A DNA stretch of 63,365 nt, filler included, from Malassezia furfur (lineage: Eukaryota), in NCBI GenBank assembly GCA_052055015.1. It is 27 parts of 27 records of this genome, joined end to end, with 100 filler letters (N's around TTAATTAATTAA, not from the genome) between each part and the next. Parts side by side here need not be neighbours in the genome. Positions count along the whole stretch, not along the records: positions 23,811 to 26,075 come from JBQJIT010000949.1; positions 26,176 to 28,440 come from JBQJIT010000950.1; positions 28,541 to 30,805 come from JBQJIT010000951.1; positions 30,906 to 33,159 come from JBQJIT010000952.1; positions 33,260 to 35,512 come from JBQJIT010000953.1; 22 more parts are not named here. One strand, given 5' to 3'. Numbering within the stretch: position 1 is the stretch's first letter; each line of letters begins with the position of its first letter. This document shows positions 24,696-35,612 of the stretch, piece after piece. The position numbers and the translations under genes were made by a program. The notes below the pieces were generated by a model. That model had not been told where the DNA came from and did not search any database. It saw only the letters and a list, made by a program, of their open reading frames with translations.

Positions 24696-25591
24696 CTCTC
24701 TTCTGAAATTTCATCAGCTCATTTGTAGTTGGCAGAAACATTGAAGTAAAATAACCGAAATTTTGGCCTGTTTTTACGAATCAATTATTCTGATGTCCGG
24801 ACGATGTCAAAATCGCCCATCGTAGTCTGTGCTCCAAATCATCCGGCTTCCTCGGAGCTTTTTTGTGCGGCTATTTCGCGGTTACGGTGTAATACACCGT
24901 TACGAAATCTGGTTCAGGCCAATTTTTTGTAGTCTTCTCTGACTACTTGTAGCGTCGCGCAGTATACCAGAAGGGGACCAATAGACGTGATTTCTGATTC
25001 AACACGGCAAAACGCTAGAGGTACATGTTTTTGCTCTCCAGAAGGTCAAATTATCGAGGAGTAAGCTTCATGATTTGTGTCCGGAGGTTATGTGAGCGAG
25101 TGGATCAAACGCTGTACGCTCCGATGTATCTATCTGTGCGCTTAAGGTACCGCCGGTTTGTCCCTTTAAAATAGTACATTTTTCTAGGCATCCAGCTGAA
25201 AGTTTGCCCTGCTTGTGCCAGATATGTGGATACTTCTGGGACGTACAAAAATATTCGGATTGCTGTACATTGGTGGGAATTTCAAATTATGGTCGAAGTG
25301 CGCAATGGCGTTGAAACACGACGGAGTCAAGTCGCGTTGATATTGATGCACATTCATGAACGTCATTATCCCACACTAGGGATGAGTAGTACTTCGAGCG
25401 GTCTGTAGGCTGGCACTGTCTCCCCGCCTGTAGAATCTGGATCCTACCGGCCCTATCGAAAAATCTTACGGAGCCATTCCGATGGGCGAGGTGGAGGCGG
25501 GGAAAGTTTATCAGTGCGGCTTTTTGATAGCAGCTGGAGCTGGTGTGCATACCGAGATGTAAAGACTCGCCTTATCATCTTCTTTACGACG

Positions 25592-26075
25592 ATGTCGACG
25601 CAAGTAGATCTTGGAACGGTGTTCAAGGGCAGCTCGAGCGGGAAGATTGTTCAGGCCAAGGGCGAGACGGTCGAGCTGAAGCCCGACCAGGTGGTCATCG
25701 ACATTGCCTATTCGGGTCTGTGCGGCTCCGATCTGCATTTCCGCAAGAATGGCGACATGGTGCTGGGTCACGAAGGTGTCGGTGTCATCTCGCAGGTGGG
25801 AAAAGACGTCGACTTCCTCAAGGTGGGCGACCGTGTCGGCTGGGGCTGCAACCACAATGCCTGCAACCACTGCAAGCAATGTTGGAACGGTGTCGACACG
25901 CTGTGCCCGCACCGAGCTATGTACTCTATGACGGACCGTGAATTTGGCAGCTTTGGTGACCGTGCGGTGCTGAGTGGCTATTTTGTGCACAAGATCCCGG
26001 ATGGGCTCCCGTTGAAGTATGCTGGCCCCTTGCAGTGTGGTGGAGCGACAGTGTATGGTGCTATCGTCAAGGCGG
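25592..26075 (+). CDS. Same alcohol dehydrogenase, copy 2, 3' truncated
   Basis: MSTQVDLGTVFKGS...SGLCGSDLH...GHEG; the DNA is identical to copy 1 over the shared part. Confidence 0.93.
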
Positions 26076-26175
26076 NNNNNNNNNNNNNNNNNNNNNNNNN
26101 NNNNNNNNNNNNNNNNNNNTTAATTAATTAANNNNNNNNNNNNNNNNNNNNNNNNNNNNNNNNNNNNNNNNNNNN

Positions 26176-28440
26176 TCTCGACGTGCTTGCGCACGCCGAG
26201 CGCCACGAGCAGCTTCTCGACGTTGCCCTTGACCGCGAGCGTCGGGAACGCAACGACCGGCAGGTCGGCGAGCAGCGACACGCTCGCAAAGTACGCCTCG
26301 CGCGGCCGCCGCGGCCCGTCGCGCGTCGGAATGCACGCGACGTCCGCGAGCTGCGCGGCGATCTGCTCGCGCTCGTGCTTCGGCAGGTTGCCCCACGCCC
26401 ACGCGAGCGTCTGCACGACGCGCTCCGCGTTCGCGGGCGACTGCGTCACGCCGTGCGCCGCGCGCACCGACGCGGCAGGCGACGCGTCGAGCGTCAGCAT
26501 GTACGCGAGCCACGCGGGCAGCGACAGCTCCGGCCAGCCGAACACGGTGCGCAGGTCGCCGACGCGCAGGTGCCGCGACACGTCATACACGAGACACGTC
26601 GGCGGCAGCGGCACGCTCGGCGGCACACGCGCAGGCTGCAGCACGCTATCGACCTCGGCGAGCGCCTGGATCCGCGGCGTGCTCGACGCCTCGTCCGGCA
26701 CACTCACCATCGCATTGCGCACGAGGCGCGTGCGCAGCGACGCGTCGTACGACGGGTGCTCGGCGACCATCACCCACCACCGCAGGCACGCGACCATCTC
26801 GTCGACCGACAGCGCGCGCCCGCCGAGCTCGGCAAACACGTCGTCCATCGTGATCTCTTGCACCAGGTTGCGCGCCGTGAGCTGCGCGACAAAGCCGGGC
26901 GCCTCCTCGACGTGCGCGGCCGGCAGCGTCGGCAGCGCCGTGACGAACGCCGCGAGCATCGCATTCGGCATGCGCACGCCGTCCGAGCTGCGCACGCCCT
27001 GCGTCGAGGCGAGCGAGATGCACGGGCGCGTGCAGCACGCAAAGAACGCCTCCTCGAGCGCCGCGTGCACGCGCCCGGACGGCGATGACGCACGGAACGA
27101 GAAGAAGCGCATCGCGTGCAGCGCCGCATCGAGCACCTGCGCGCGCGTCGCGTCCGACCACTGCGCGCCGAGGCGCTGCATCTCGTCCTCGTACGTCACG
27201 CGCGCCACATAGCCGGCGACCGCGAGCAGCTCCGTGTTCCACCGCGCGCAGTAGCGGTCGACAAAGTCGAGCGACTCGCGCTCGACCGTCGGGATGAACC
27301 GCGCCGCGAGGTGGCCGCTGAACGACGTCGTCTGGTGCGTCCGGAACCCAATAAACACGCGCCCCTGCGCGTCGAGCGCGGGCATCAGCCCCGAAAACAC
27401 GCGGCGGACGTGCATGTCCAGGTCGGCGTGCGCGGACGGCGGCGGGGGCGTCTCGCTCGCCTCCAGCTCGTCCTTCCGCATAAAGACCATCTGCAGCGGC
27501 GTCGTGCGCGGCAGCTGCTTCTTCGTGCTGCGCTCGATCTCGCGCGCAAACGACGCGTCCGCCGACACACTCGACACCGCCGACACGACGTGCAGGTGCA
27601 GCGCCGCAGGCACCAGCGCGCACTGCGCCGCGGCGTCGAGCGCCGAGGCCGCGGACGGCGCCGCCTTGCTCGGCGCGCGGCCGAGCGCGCTCGACAGCAT
27701 CGACGTGAGGCCCGCACCCGCCGACTTGGACCACGCCGAGAGCGTGTTCTTGAGCGTGGGGCGCTCGCGCTCCGCCTGGGCGGCCGCCTCGACGAGCACG
27801 AGGCGCGCAACGTCCAGGCGGATGTGCACGGCGCTCGTGTGCATCGACTGCACACGCAGCAGCTTCTTGGGCGACACGCCGCTCAGGTGGCGCGACGGCG
27901 ACATAGGCTGCGGCGCGCCCACCTCTTTCGACACGCGGCACAGCTCCACGTCGTCGAGGAAGAGCGCCACACGCCGCACGCCCGCGGTGAACAGCAGCGA
28001 CGTCGCGAGAAACTGGCACAGCGCGAGCGGCGACTCGGGGAACGGCGTCGGCTCGCGCAGCGCCATCAGGAACGTGGTCCACGGCGCGCCGGTGCTCGAC
28101 ACCTCGGTCTGCGGCGCCTGTGCGCGCCGCGTAAAGAGCGCGTCGCCCTTCCAGAAGAAGCCCATCAGCTCGTCGCCGGACAGCACGATCGGCTCCTCAC
28201 AGATGCTAAACAGCGAGTAGAAACCCACGCCAAACGCGCCGATCCGCTCGGGGTCGGGGTTGCCCTCGGCGATGCGCCGCAGGCGGTGCCAGTCGTCGTG
28301 GCTGAACGGCTTGCCGTTGTTGCGGAACGTCCACTGTGTGAGCGGCGCGCCGACGTCGGGCACGCTCGGCACGCCCGTCGCGGGCGCGAGGTGGGGGTGC
28401 GCGACCGTGGCGTTCGTCGCGAACCGCAGCTCGCACTCGG
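26176..28440 (-). CDS. Sacsin/Hsp90-like GHKL ATPase-domain protein (fungal DUF3684-type), N-terminal/internal fragment
   Basis: FRNNGKPFS, RIAEGNPD, IGAFGVGFYSLFS (compare Hsp90 IGQFGVGFYS), GRVFIGFRTHQTT, FIPTVERESLD. Confidence 0.8.
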
Positions 28441-28540
28441 NNNNNNNNNNNNNNNNNNNNNNNNNNNNNNNNNNNNNNNNNNNNTTAATTAATTAANNNN
28501 NNNNNNNNNNNNNNNNNNNNNNNNNNNNNNNNNNNNNNNN

Positions 28541-30805
28541 CTGCCGTCGCCGGCGGCACGTGCGCCGCCCGCCTACTTAACGCAGCGCAGCACGCCCGAC
28601 GCATCGCCGACGCCGCCCGAGCGTGGCATGCCGGCGCCAGGGCGCTCGACGCCGCAAATGACTCCCGCACCGGCGACCGAGCCGCATCCTGCTGTGCCTG
28701 GCTCGCCCATGTCCGAACAAGAGACGCCGACGGCGGCAAACGCGGTGCAGCTTCCCGCCGTGCCTTCGTCGCCGAATGCGCCGCATTCTGTGCCGACGCC
28801 CGTGGTCCCCGAGACGCCCACCGTGGACCACGAGGCACCGACCGGGGTGACTGCTGTGGCGCTGAGTCCTCCGCAGGCGACGGCGGCCGTGCCGAGTCCT
28901 GTGCAGACCACCCCAGCGGTGCCAAGCTCGGGGCCCATCCCGCCCGCGGTGCCCAGCAAGTCGCCGACCATGGTGCCGCCGTCGCCCGCGGTACCTAGCA
29001 AGCTGACCCGCGATACGCCAGTGCCCACCGTGCCCGAATTGCCGGCCGTACCGTCCAAGTCCGCGGCACAGGCACAGGCGACGCCCTCCGTGCCTTCCGA
29101 AGCGCCGGCGCCCGAGCCCGCGTCCGGGTCTACGGCGCCCAAGTCGCGTGTGGTGTCTGCAGCTAGCACGGCAGACGAGGGCGAAACCACGCCCTCCCTC
29201 GCGAGCTCGACGCCGTACGTCAGCGGCGGCACGCCGTCGATTGCGAGTTCGACGCCGTACCTGGGTGGCGGCACTCCGTCGCTGCCTAGTTCGACTCCCT
29301 ACTTCGGCGGCGACATTCCGTCGCTCCCGAGCTCGAGCCCCTACGTCGGCGGCGGCACTCCCTCCCTACCTAGTGCCACACCGCGGGTTGACGGGGCCAC
29401 TCCGTCGCTGCCAAGTGCGACACCGCGGGTCGACGGTACGCCGTCGTTGCCCAGCTCCACGCCATACGTCGCCGGCACGCCGTCGGTGGTGGGCGCAACG
29501 CCATACGTGGACGGCACGCCGTCCCTGCCGAGCTCAACGCCGCGGCTGCCGACGCAGTCGTTGGCGCAGGACTACTCGGCGCTCGGCCTGCACCTTACGG
29601 CCGATGACGCGCAGGGCGGTCCGCTGCGCAAGACCGTGTCATCGACATCGATGGCCTCTTCGCAGTCGGCCTACTCGGACTCGGGCGAGAGCGAGCGCAG
29701 CGCCGTGGCGCCGGATACGACGGCGCAGCACAACGTGCCCGAGCACAGTACGCCGTACCTCGCGCAGTCCGAGGCACCTGCACGCGCGCTGCCGCCGGCA
29801 CGCGCCGGCGAGCCGCCCAGCTCGCGGAGCACGTCGGAGGCGACGGAGTACACAAGTCCGCTGCAGGGCCTGTCGGATACGTTTGCCTCGGCGATGGCCG
29901 ACCTGGGCCTTGACGACGACGCGCCGCCCGTGCCTGGCCTCGCAGACATCGCGGTGGCGTACCGCGAGCCGACGACGGACGCCTCAGGCATGCCGCGGTC
30001 GACGTCGACGCTTGCGTCGCTCCTTCCGCCGCCCGAGGCGCGGGCATCGCCGTCGCAGGCGCAGGCGCTTGCGTCGCTTGCGCCGCGCGCCGAGGAGCGC
30101 AACGTGCGTATTGCGCCGTCGGCCAGGGCGTCGCCGGCGGCGGCCGCGTCTGGCGACGCCGAGCGCGGTACGTCGTCGCCGGCGGCGCCCAAAATCGAGG
30201 TGTATGGGTATACGATCTGGTGGCCTACGAGCTTCGATGCGTCGAGCAACGTGAACTGGGACTCGACGTCCTCGACACAGCGGTGCTACCTGTTTGCACG
30301 CGCAGCCAGTGACCTCACCGACCGCGACACGAACCTCACGCGCTGGATGATGCTGATGCGGCAGGTGCAGCCGCGGGCGCCCGAGGCAATGCACGAGCAA
30401 ATCATCCGAGCACAGCATGCGCAGCACAAGGCGGCGCTCCTCGACGCCGAGGCGGACGTGTCGGCACACTCGCACCTCACGACGAGCACGGTGCAGACCG
30501 CCGCGTCGGAGTTGCCGCTGCCGGCCAACATCCCCTACCCGCTGCTCGCGCGCTCCACCAAGGACCACTTGCACCACCCCGAGGCCGCGACGCCGCTCTT
30601 GCACCACTCGCACAGTACCGCGTCTCTGCACACGCCGCACACGGCGCGCCTCGACCCGCACGCGGCGATGCGCGGCGCGGCAGGTGCGGCAGGTGCCGGC
30701 TGGCAGCGTCTCCAAGGCGCCATGCCGCGCGTCCCGAGCTCGACCTCGTTCCTGGGCACGCTTGGCCGGCGCAACAGCCGCAAGCTGCGCGACACGCCAG
30801 CCGTG
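28541..30805 (+). CDS. Pro/Ser/Thr-rich hypothetical protein with internal peptide repeats (fragment)
   Basis: Open frame of more than 740 codons; a short globular-looking region (YGYTIWWP...RCYLFARA...LTRW) and LPLPANIPYPLLA. Confidence 0.7.
29180..29548 (+). repeat. Coding tandem repeat: 6 x 14 aa plus 3 x 13 aa, consensus GG(G)TPSLPSSTPYV
   Basis: Nine units are readable in the translation, from GETTPSLASSTPYV to DGTPSLPSSTPRL. Confidence 0.9.
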
Positions 30806-30905
30806 NNNNNNNNNNNNNNNNNNNNNNNNNNNNNNNNNNNNNNNNNNNNTTAATTAATTAANNNNNNNNNNNNNNNNNNNNNNNNNNNNNNNNNNNNNNN
30901 NNNNN

Positions 30906-32386
30906 GCGGCGGCATCGGTGTGATGGCCGAAATGAAGCGCGCGAGCCCGAGCAAGGGCGACATCGACGTGCAGGCGCACGCGGGCGCACAGGCGCTTGCG
31001 TACGCGCGCAGCGGCGCGCACGTCATCAGCGTGCTCACCGAGCCAAAGTGGTTCAAGGGCTCGCTCGAGGACCTGGCGCTCGCGCGCCAGGCAGTCGCGC
31101 AGCTCGTCGACCGCCCCGCGATCCTGCGCAAGGACTTTGTCGTGGATGTGTACCAGATTGCCGAGGCGCGGCTCGCGGGTGCCGACACGGTGCTGCTGAT
31201 CGTCGCGATGCTCGATGATGCGACGCTGCGCACGCTGTACGACTACGCACTGCGGCTCGGCATGCACCCGCTCGTCGAGGTGAACACCGCCGAGGAGATG
31301 GCGCGCGCGCTCGTGCTGTCGCCGCGCGTGATCGGCGTCAACAACCGCAACCTGCATACCTTTGACGTGGACATGTCGACCACGTCGCAGCTCGCGCACG
31401 CGGCGATCGAGCGCGGCACGCTCCTTGCCGCGCTCAGCGGCATCACGGGCCGTGCCGACGTCGAGGCGTACGAAGCGCAGGGCGTGCGTGCCGTGCTGGT
31501 CGGCGAGGCGCTCATGCGCGCAGCGGACAAGCGCGCGTTTATCGCCGAGCTGCAGGGCCGTGCGCCGCCGCGCGATGCCGAGGTGCCGCGCCTCGTGAAG
31601 GTGTGTGGGCTGTGCACGCCCGAGGCGGCGGTCGCCGCGGCCGAGGCCGGCGCGTCGATGCTCGGCATGATCCTCGCACACGGCACGCGCCGCTCGCTGT
31701 CGCACGAGCAGGCGGCGGCGATTGTGCGTGCGGTGCGTGCGCTGCCGCCGCGCACGCCGGCGCCCGCTGCGGTGGATGCGCCCGATGCCGCGCCCGCCGA
31801 GTGGTTTGCATGGCACGCGTCGCGCATCGCGGCGGCCGCGTCGCACCGCCCGCTGCTCGTGGGTGTGTTCCGCGAGCAGAGCGTGCAGGAGATCGTGGCG
31901 ACCGCCACTGCGCTGCAGCTCGACGCCGTGCAGATCCACGGGCGCACCGAGCCGATCGACTGGGCGCGGTTCCTGCCCGGGGTGTTTGTGCTGCGCGCGT
32001 TTTCGGTGCCGCGCGAGCTGGCGGTGTGGGAGCGGGGCGCGCATCCTGCGCTCGACGACGCGCTGCGTCCGAACGCGCACCACCTCGCGATCCTCGATGC
32101 GGCGGGCGCCGCGGGGCAGGGCGACGGGGGCAGCGGCCAGGCGTTCTCGTGGGAGGTGGCGCAGACGCTCGCCGAGTACGACCCGGTCGCGGCGCTTGCG
32201 CGGACGGCGCCGGCGCCGCGCACGCCCTTTTTGCTCGCCGGCGGCCTGACGCCGGACAATGTGCACGCGGCGCTCCGTGCGTCGCAGGCGATCGGCGCAG
32301 ATACCAGCTCGGGCGTCGAGACGGACGGGGCCAAGGACCTCGCCAAGATCCGCGCGTACGTCGCCCAGGCGCGCGCGCCGTTCTAA
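30906..32386 (+). CDS. TRP1: Multifunctional tryptophan biosynthesis protein, IGPS + PRAI domains (5' truncated)
   Basis: AEMKRASPSKG, ISVLTEPKWFKG, LRKDF, IGVNNRNL; then VKVCGL, AVQIHG, GGSGQAF, LAGGLTPDNV, DTSSGVE. Confidence 0.95.
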
Positions 32387-32422
32387 GTAGAAGAGAGAGA
32401 CACGTAGGTCGCGCTACGTCCG

Positions 32423-33159
32423 CTATGCGTCTGCGCCCGCGCCGAGCATGCGCACAGTCCGGTCGAGCCCCGCGGTGAGCAGCGCGCCGTCGACGGGCGA
32501 CCACTGCGCGCTGGTCTCCTGCGCGCTGTTTTCGGCAAAGGTATACACGAGCTGGAGCGCCTTGCCCCCAAACACGCGCACGTCGTCGCCCACGACCGCG
32601 AGCAGCTGCGCGGTCGGGTCGAAGCGCACCTGCGCGACCGTGTAGTTGTCCGGCAGCTCGACGGTGCGCGCCACCTCGAGCTTGCGCAGGTCCCACACCT
32701 TGACGACCGACGCGCCGCGCGACGCCGCCGCGAGCAGGTAGCCGTTCGGCGAGAAGCTCAGCGAGTGCACCGCGCCGTCGTGCCCGCGGAACACGGCGCT
32801 CTGCTTGCCCTGCTTCACGTCCCACACACGGATCGCGCCGCCGGCGGTGCCCGTCGCGGCGAGCTGCCCGTCGGGGTGGAACGCGAACGATTCGTACACG
32901 TAGCCGCCGTCGTCGTCCGAGTCCGGCGCGCCGACATGCAGCACACGCTCGCCCGACGCAAGCGCGTGCAGCGCCCACGACCCGTCGCGGCTCGCGCTGC
33001 CCACAAGCAGGTCCGTCGGGTGGATGTCGGCGCCGGTCACCTCATCCGTGTACCCCTTGAGGGTGTGCGCGAGGCCGTAGGTGTTGTTGTCCTTGGCCGC
33101 GTACACACGCAGCGTCTTGTCGGCGCTCGCGCTCACCGCGTACGGCGGCGGCGGCAGCT
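32423..33159 (-). CDS. PRP19: WD40 C-terminus of splicing factor Prp19 (5' truncated)
   Basis: FHPDGQL.ATG, IRVWDVK, SLSFSPNGYLLA, VKVWDLRKL. Confidence 0.8.
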
Positions 33160-33259
33160 NNNNNNNNNNNNNNNNNNNNNNNNNNNNNNNNNNNNNNNNN
33201 NNNTTAATTAATTAANNNNNNNNNNNNNNNNNNNNNNNNNNNNNNNNNNNNNNNNNNNN

Positions 33260-35512
33260 ACCGGGGCGGGCGGCGGCGGAGCGGCGCCGGCCGCGGCGTC
33301 CGCGTCGGCGTCCGCGTCGCCCTGCGTGTCGGGCTGCGCGTCTGCGTCGTCCTGTGCGTCTGGCTCGTCGTCCAGCGCGGCCGTCGGGACCTGCGCGACC
33401 TCCTGCAGGTCCTCGGCGCCCTCGGCCTCGGCGTCGTCCTGCTCCATCGGCGGGGGCGACTCGGCGCGCGCTTTGGGCACGTCCGATGCGTGCTCGTCGT
33501 CCGACGAGAGTACCGCGTCGCTGTCGGCGCGCTCGCGGCGGTCGTAGCGCAGCGTGATAATGACCTTGCCCTTCTCGCGGCGCCAGTCAAACTGCTCCAT
33601 CAGGTCGCGCAGGTTGTACTCCTCCCAGACATCGCGCGTAAACTTTTTAAACTTCTTGCGCAGCTCGGCCAGCACGGGCCCGAGGCGGAACTTGAGGTGC
33701 TCGAGCACGCGCGCATCGTTCTCGAGCTGCTGACTGAGCTCGGCCTGCGTCGGCTGCCGCGGCGGTTTGGGCGGCGCCTTGGGCAGCTCGGGCAGCATGC
33801 GCCGGCGCTTCGGCACCGCGTCGGCAAACTCGGACGGGGGCCGCGCGGCCTGGCGCACAATGTCGGCGACAAACGCCTCGCGCGCGTCGGCCGCCGGCGC
33901 CGAGACCGCGACGCGCGTCGCCGGCACGATGCCGAACCACGAGCGCACCTCGGGCGCGAGCTCAAAGAAGGGCAGACTCGACACGCCGACGAGCAGCACG
34001 GGGTCGTTCGGCGCAAGCGTGTCGAGCAGCGCGCCAAACGCCGCGCGCGTCGTGTCGGGAAGCAGCGTCGCCCACCGGTCAACCTCGGGGACAAGCAGCA
34101 CACTCGGCTTGAGGCGCCGCGCCTCGTGGAAGTGCTGCACGAGCGCCGCCTCGGGCGTCTCGGTGGTGCTGCCAAGCAGTGTCGCGAGCGACAGCGTCTG
34201 CACCGCGTAGCCCTCGAGGCGGTGCAGCAGCGCCGCAGCGACCGCCGCCTGCCCCATGCCCGGCTCGCCGTGCACGAGGAGGCGCGGGCGGTAGACGCGC
34301 GTGCGCTCGAACGACTGCTGCAGCAGCTCGCGCTCCAGCGCGCCCGCCGGCGTGTCGGCGGTGAGCGGCGCCGGCCAGCGGTGCGCGTACGCAGGGTCCG
34401 GCTCCCACTGCGCCTCTTCGAGTGCAGAGCGCGCGTCTTTGGGTGGGAGCATGCGGCGGCACACGGCGTAGGCGTCGTCGACGGCGCTGCCGACGAGCGG
34501 CGCGAGGTGGGCGGGCAGCGGTGCTGCCGCCGCATGGGCGGCGCGCGCCGAAGACGGCACGAGTTCTGGGTAAGTGGGGCGCAACGTACTTTCGAGCGCA
34601 AGCACAAAGTCGCGCGCGCCGACCTGGACGGACGCCGGGTCGAGCTCGAGGCGGTCGGACGTGCCGTAGATCTGGGGATAGTGCCGCTGGATCGCATTCA
34701 GGGTCGCCTCGGTGCACAGCGCACGCAGGTCTGCACCGCCAAAGCCGCTGGTGGCCTCGGCGAGCATCTCTTGGAGCTGCGGGTCCAACGGCGGGTTCCA
34801 CTTGCGTGTGTGGATCGCAAGGATGCTGTGCCGCGCCGCCTTGCTCGGCAGCGGGAAGTAGAACTCGCGGTCGAAGCGTCCCGGGCGGCGCAGGGCAGGG
34901 TCGATGGAGTCGGGGCGGTTCGTCGCGCCGATCACGACGACCTGCCCGCGGCCCTCCATGCCGTCCATGAGCGCAAGGAGCGTGCTGACGATGCTCGCGT
35001 GGATCTGGTCCTGCTTGCTCGAGCGCACCGGCGCCAAGCCGTCGATCTCGTCAAAGAAGATGATGCTCGGCTGCGCGTTCTTCGCCTCCTCAAACAGCAG
35101 GCGCAGCTGGCGCTCCGCCTCGCCGACCCACTTGGACAGGCAGTCGGCGCCCTTGCGCATAAAGAAGCTGATCGTCTGCCCGGACGTCGAGCAGCTCGCT
35201 GCGAGCGCGCGCGCAATCAGCGTCTTGCCCGTGCCCGGCGGGCCGTGGAAGAGCACACCGCGCGGCGGCGACACGCCAAACTGCTGGAACAGCTCGGGGT
35301 ACAGCAGCGGCAGGCTCACCATCTCCTTGAGCTGCTGCACATGCGACTCAAGGCCGCCGACGTGCGTAAAGTCGATCTGCATGTCCACACCCAGCGGGTC
35401 GACGTCCGCCAGCGGATCGCCGTCGCGGCGCACGCGGCCCATGGGGTCCGTCGCCGTGCTGTGGCCGCCCGGCGCAGGCGCCGGGCCGTTCTCAAGCAGC
35501 GCACCGCCGCCC
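33260..35512 (-). CDS. YTA7: AAA+ ATPase Yta7/ATAD2 (fragment); intron 34566-34589
   Basis: FHGPPGTGKT, FFMRKGADCLSKWVGEAERQLR, FFDEIDGLAPVRSSKQDQIH, RRPGRFDREFYF, and a second degenerate AAA domain RPRLL..GEPGMGQ. Confidence 0.95.
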
Positions 35513-35612
35513 NNNNNNNNNNNNNNNNNNNNNNNNNNNNNNNNNNNNNNNNNNNNTTAATTAATTAANNNNNNNNNNNNNNNNNNNNNNNNNNNNNNNN
35601 NNNNNNNNNNNN

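Larger units (their letters stand above)
23811..26075 (+). repeat. 343-bp exact direct repeat at both contig ends (23811-24153 = 25733-26075); period 1922 bp
   Basis: Comparison by eye showed no mismatch. Confidence 0.95.

Noticed and set aside
30906..32386. IGPS-PRAI domain fusion (and the multi-domain FOL1)
   Set aside because: These are standard fungal multifunctional enzymes.
34240..34290. Walker A lacking Lys (GEPGMGQ) in the second AAA domain of YTA7
   Set aside because: A degenerate second AAA domain is a known feature of Yta7/ATAD2, not a sign of pseudogenisation.
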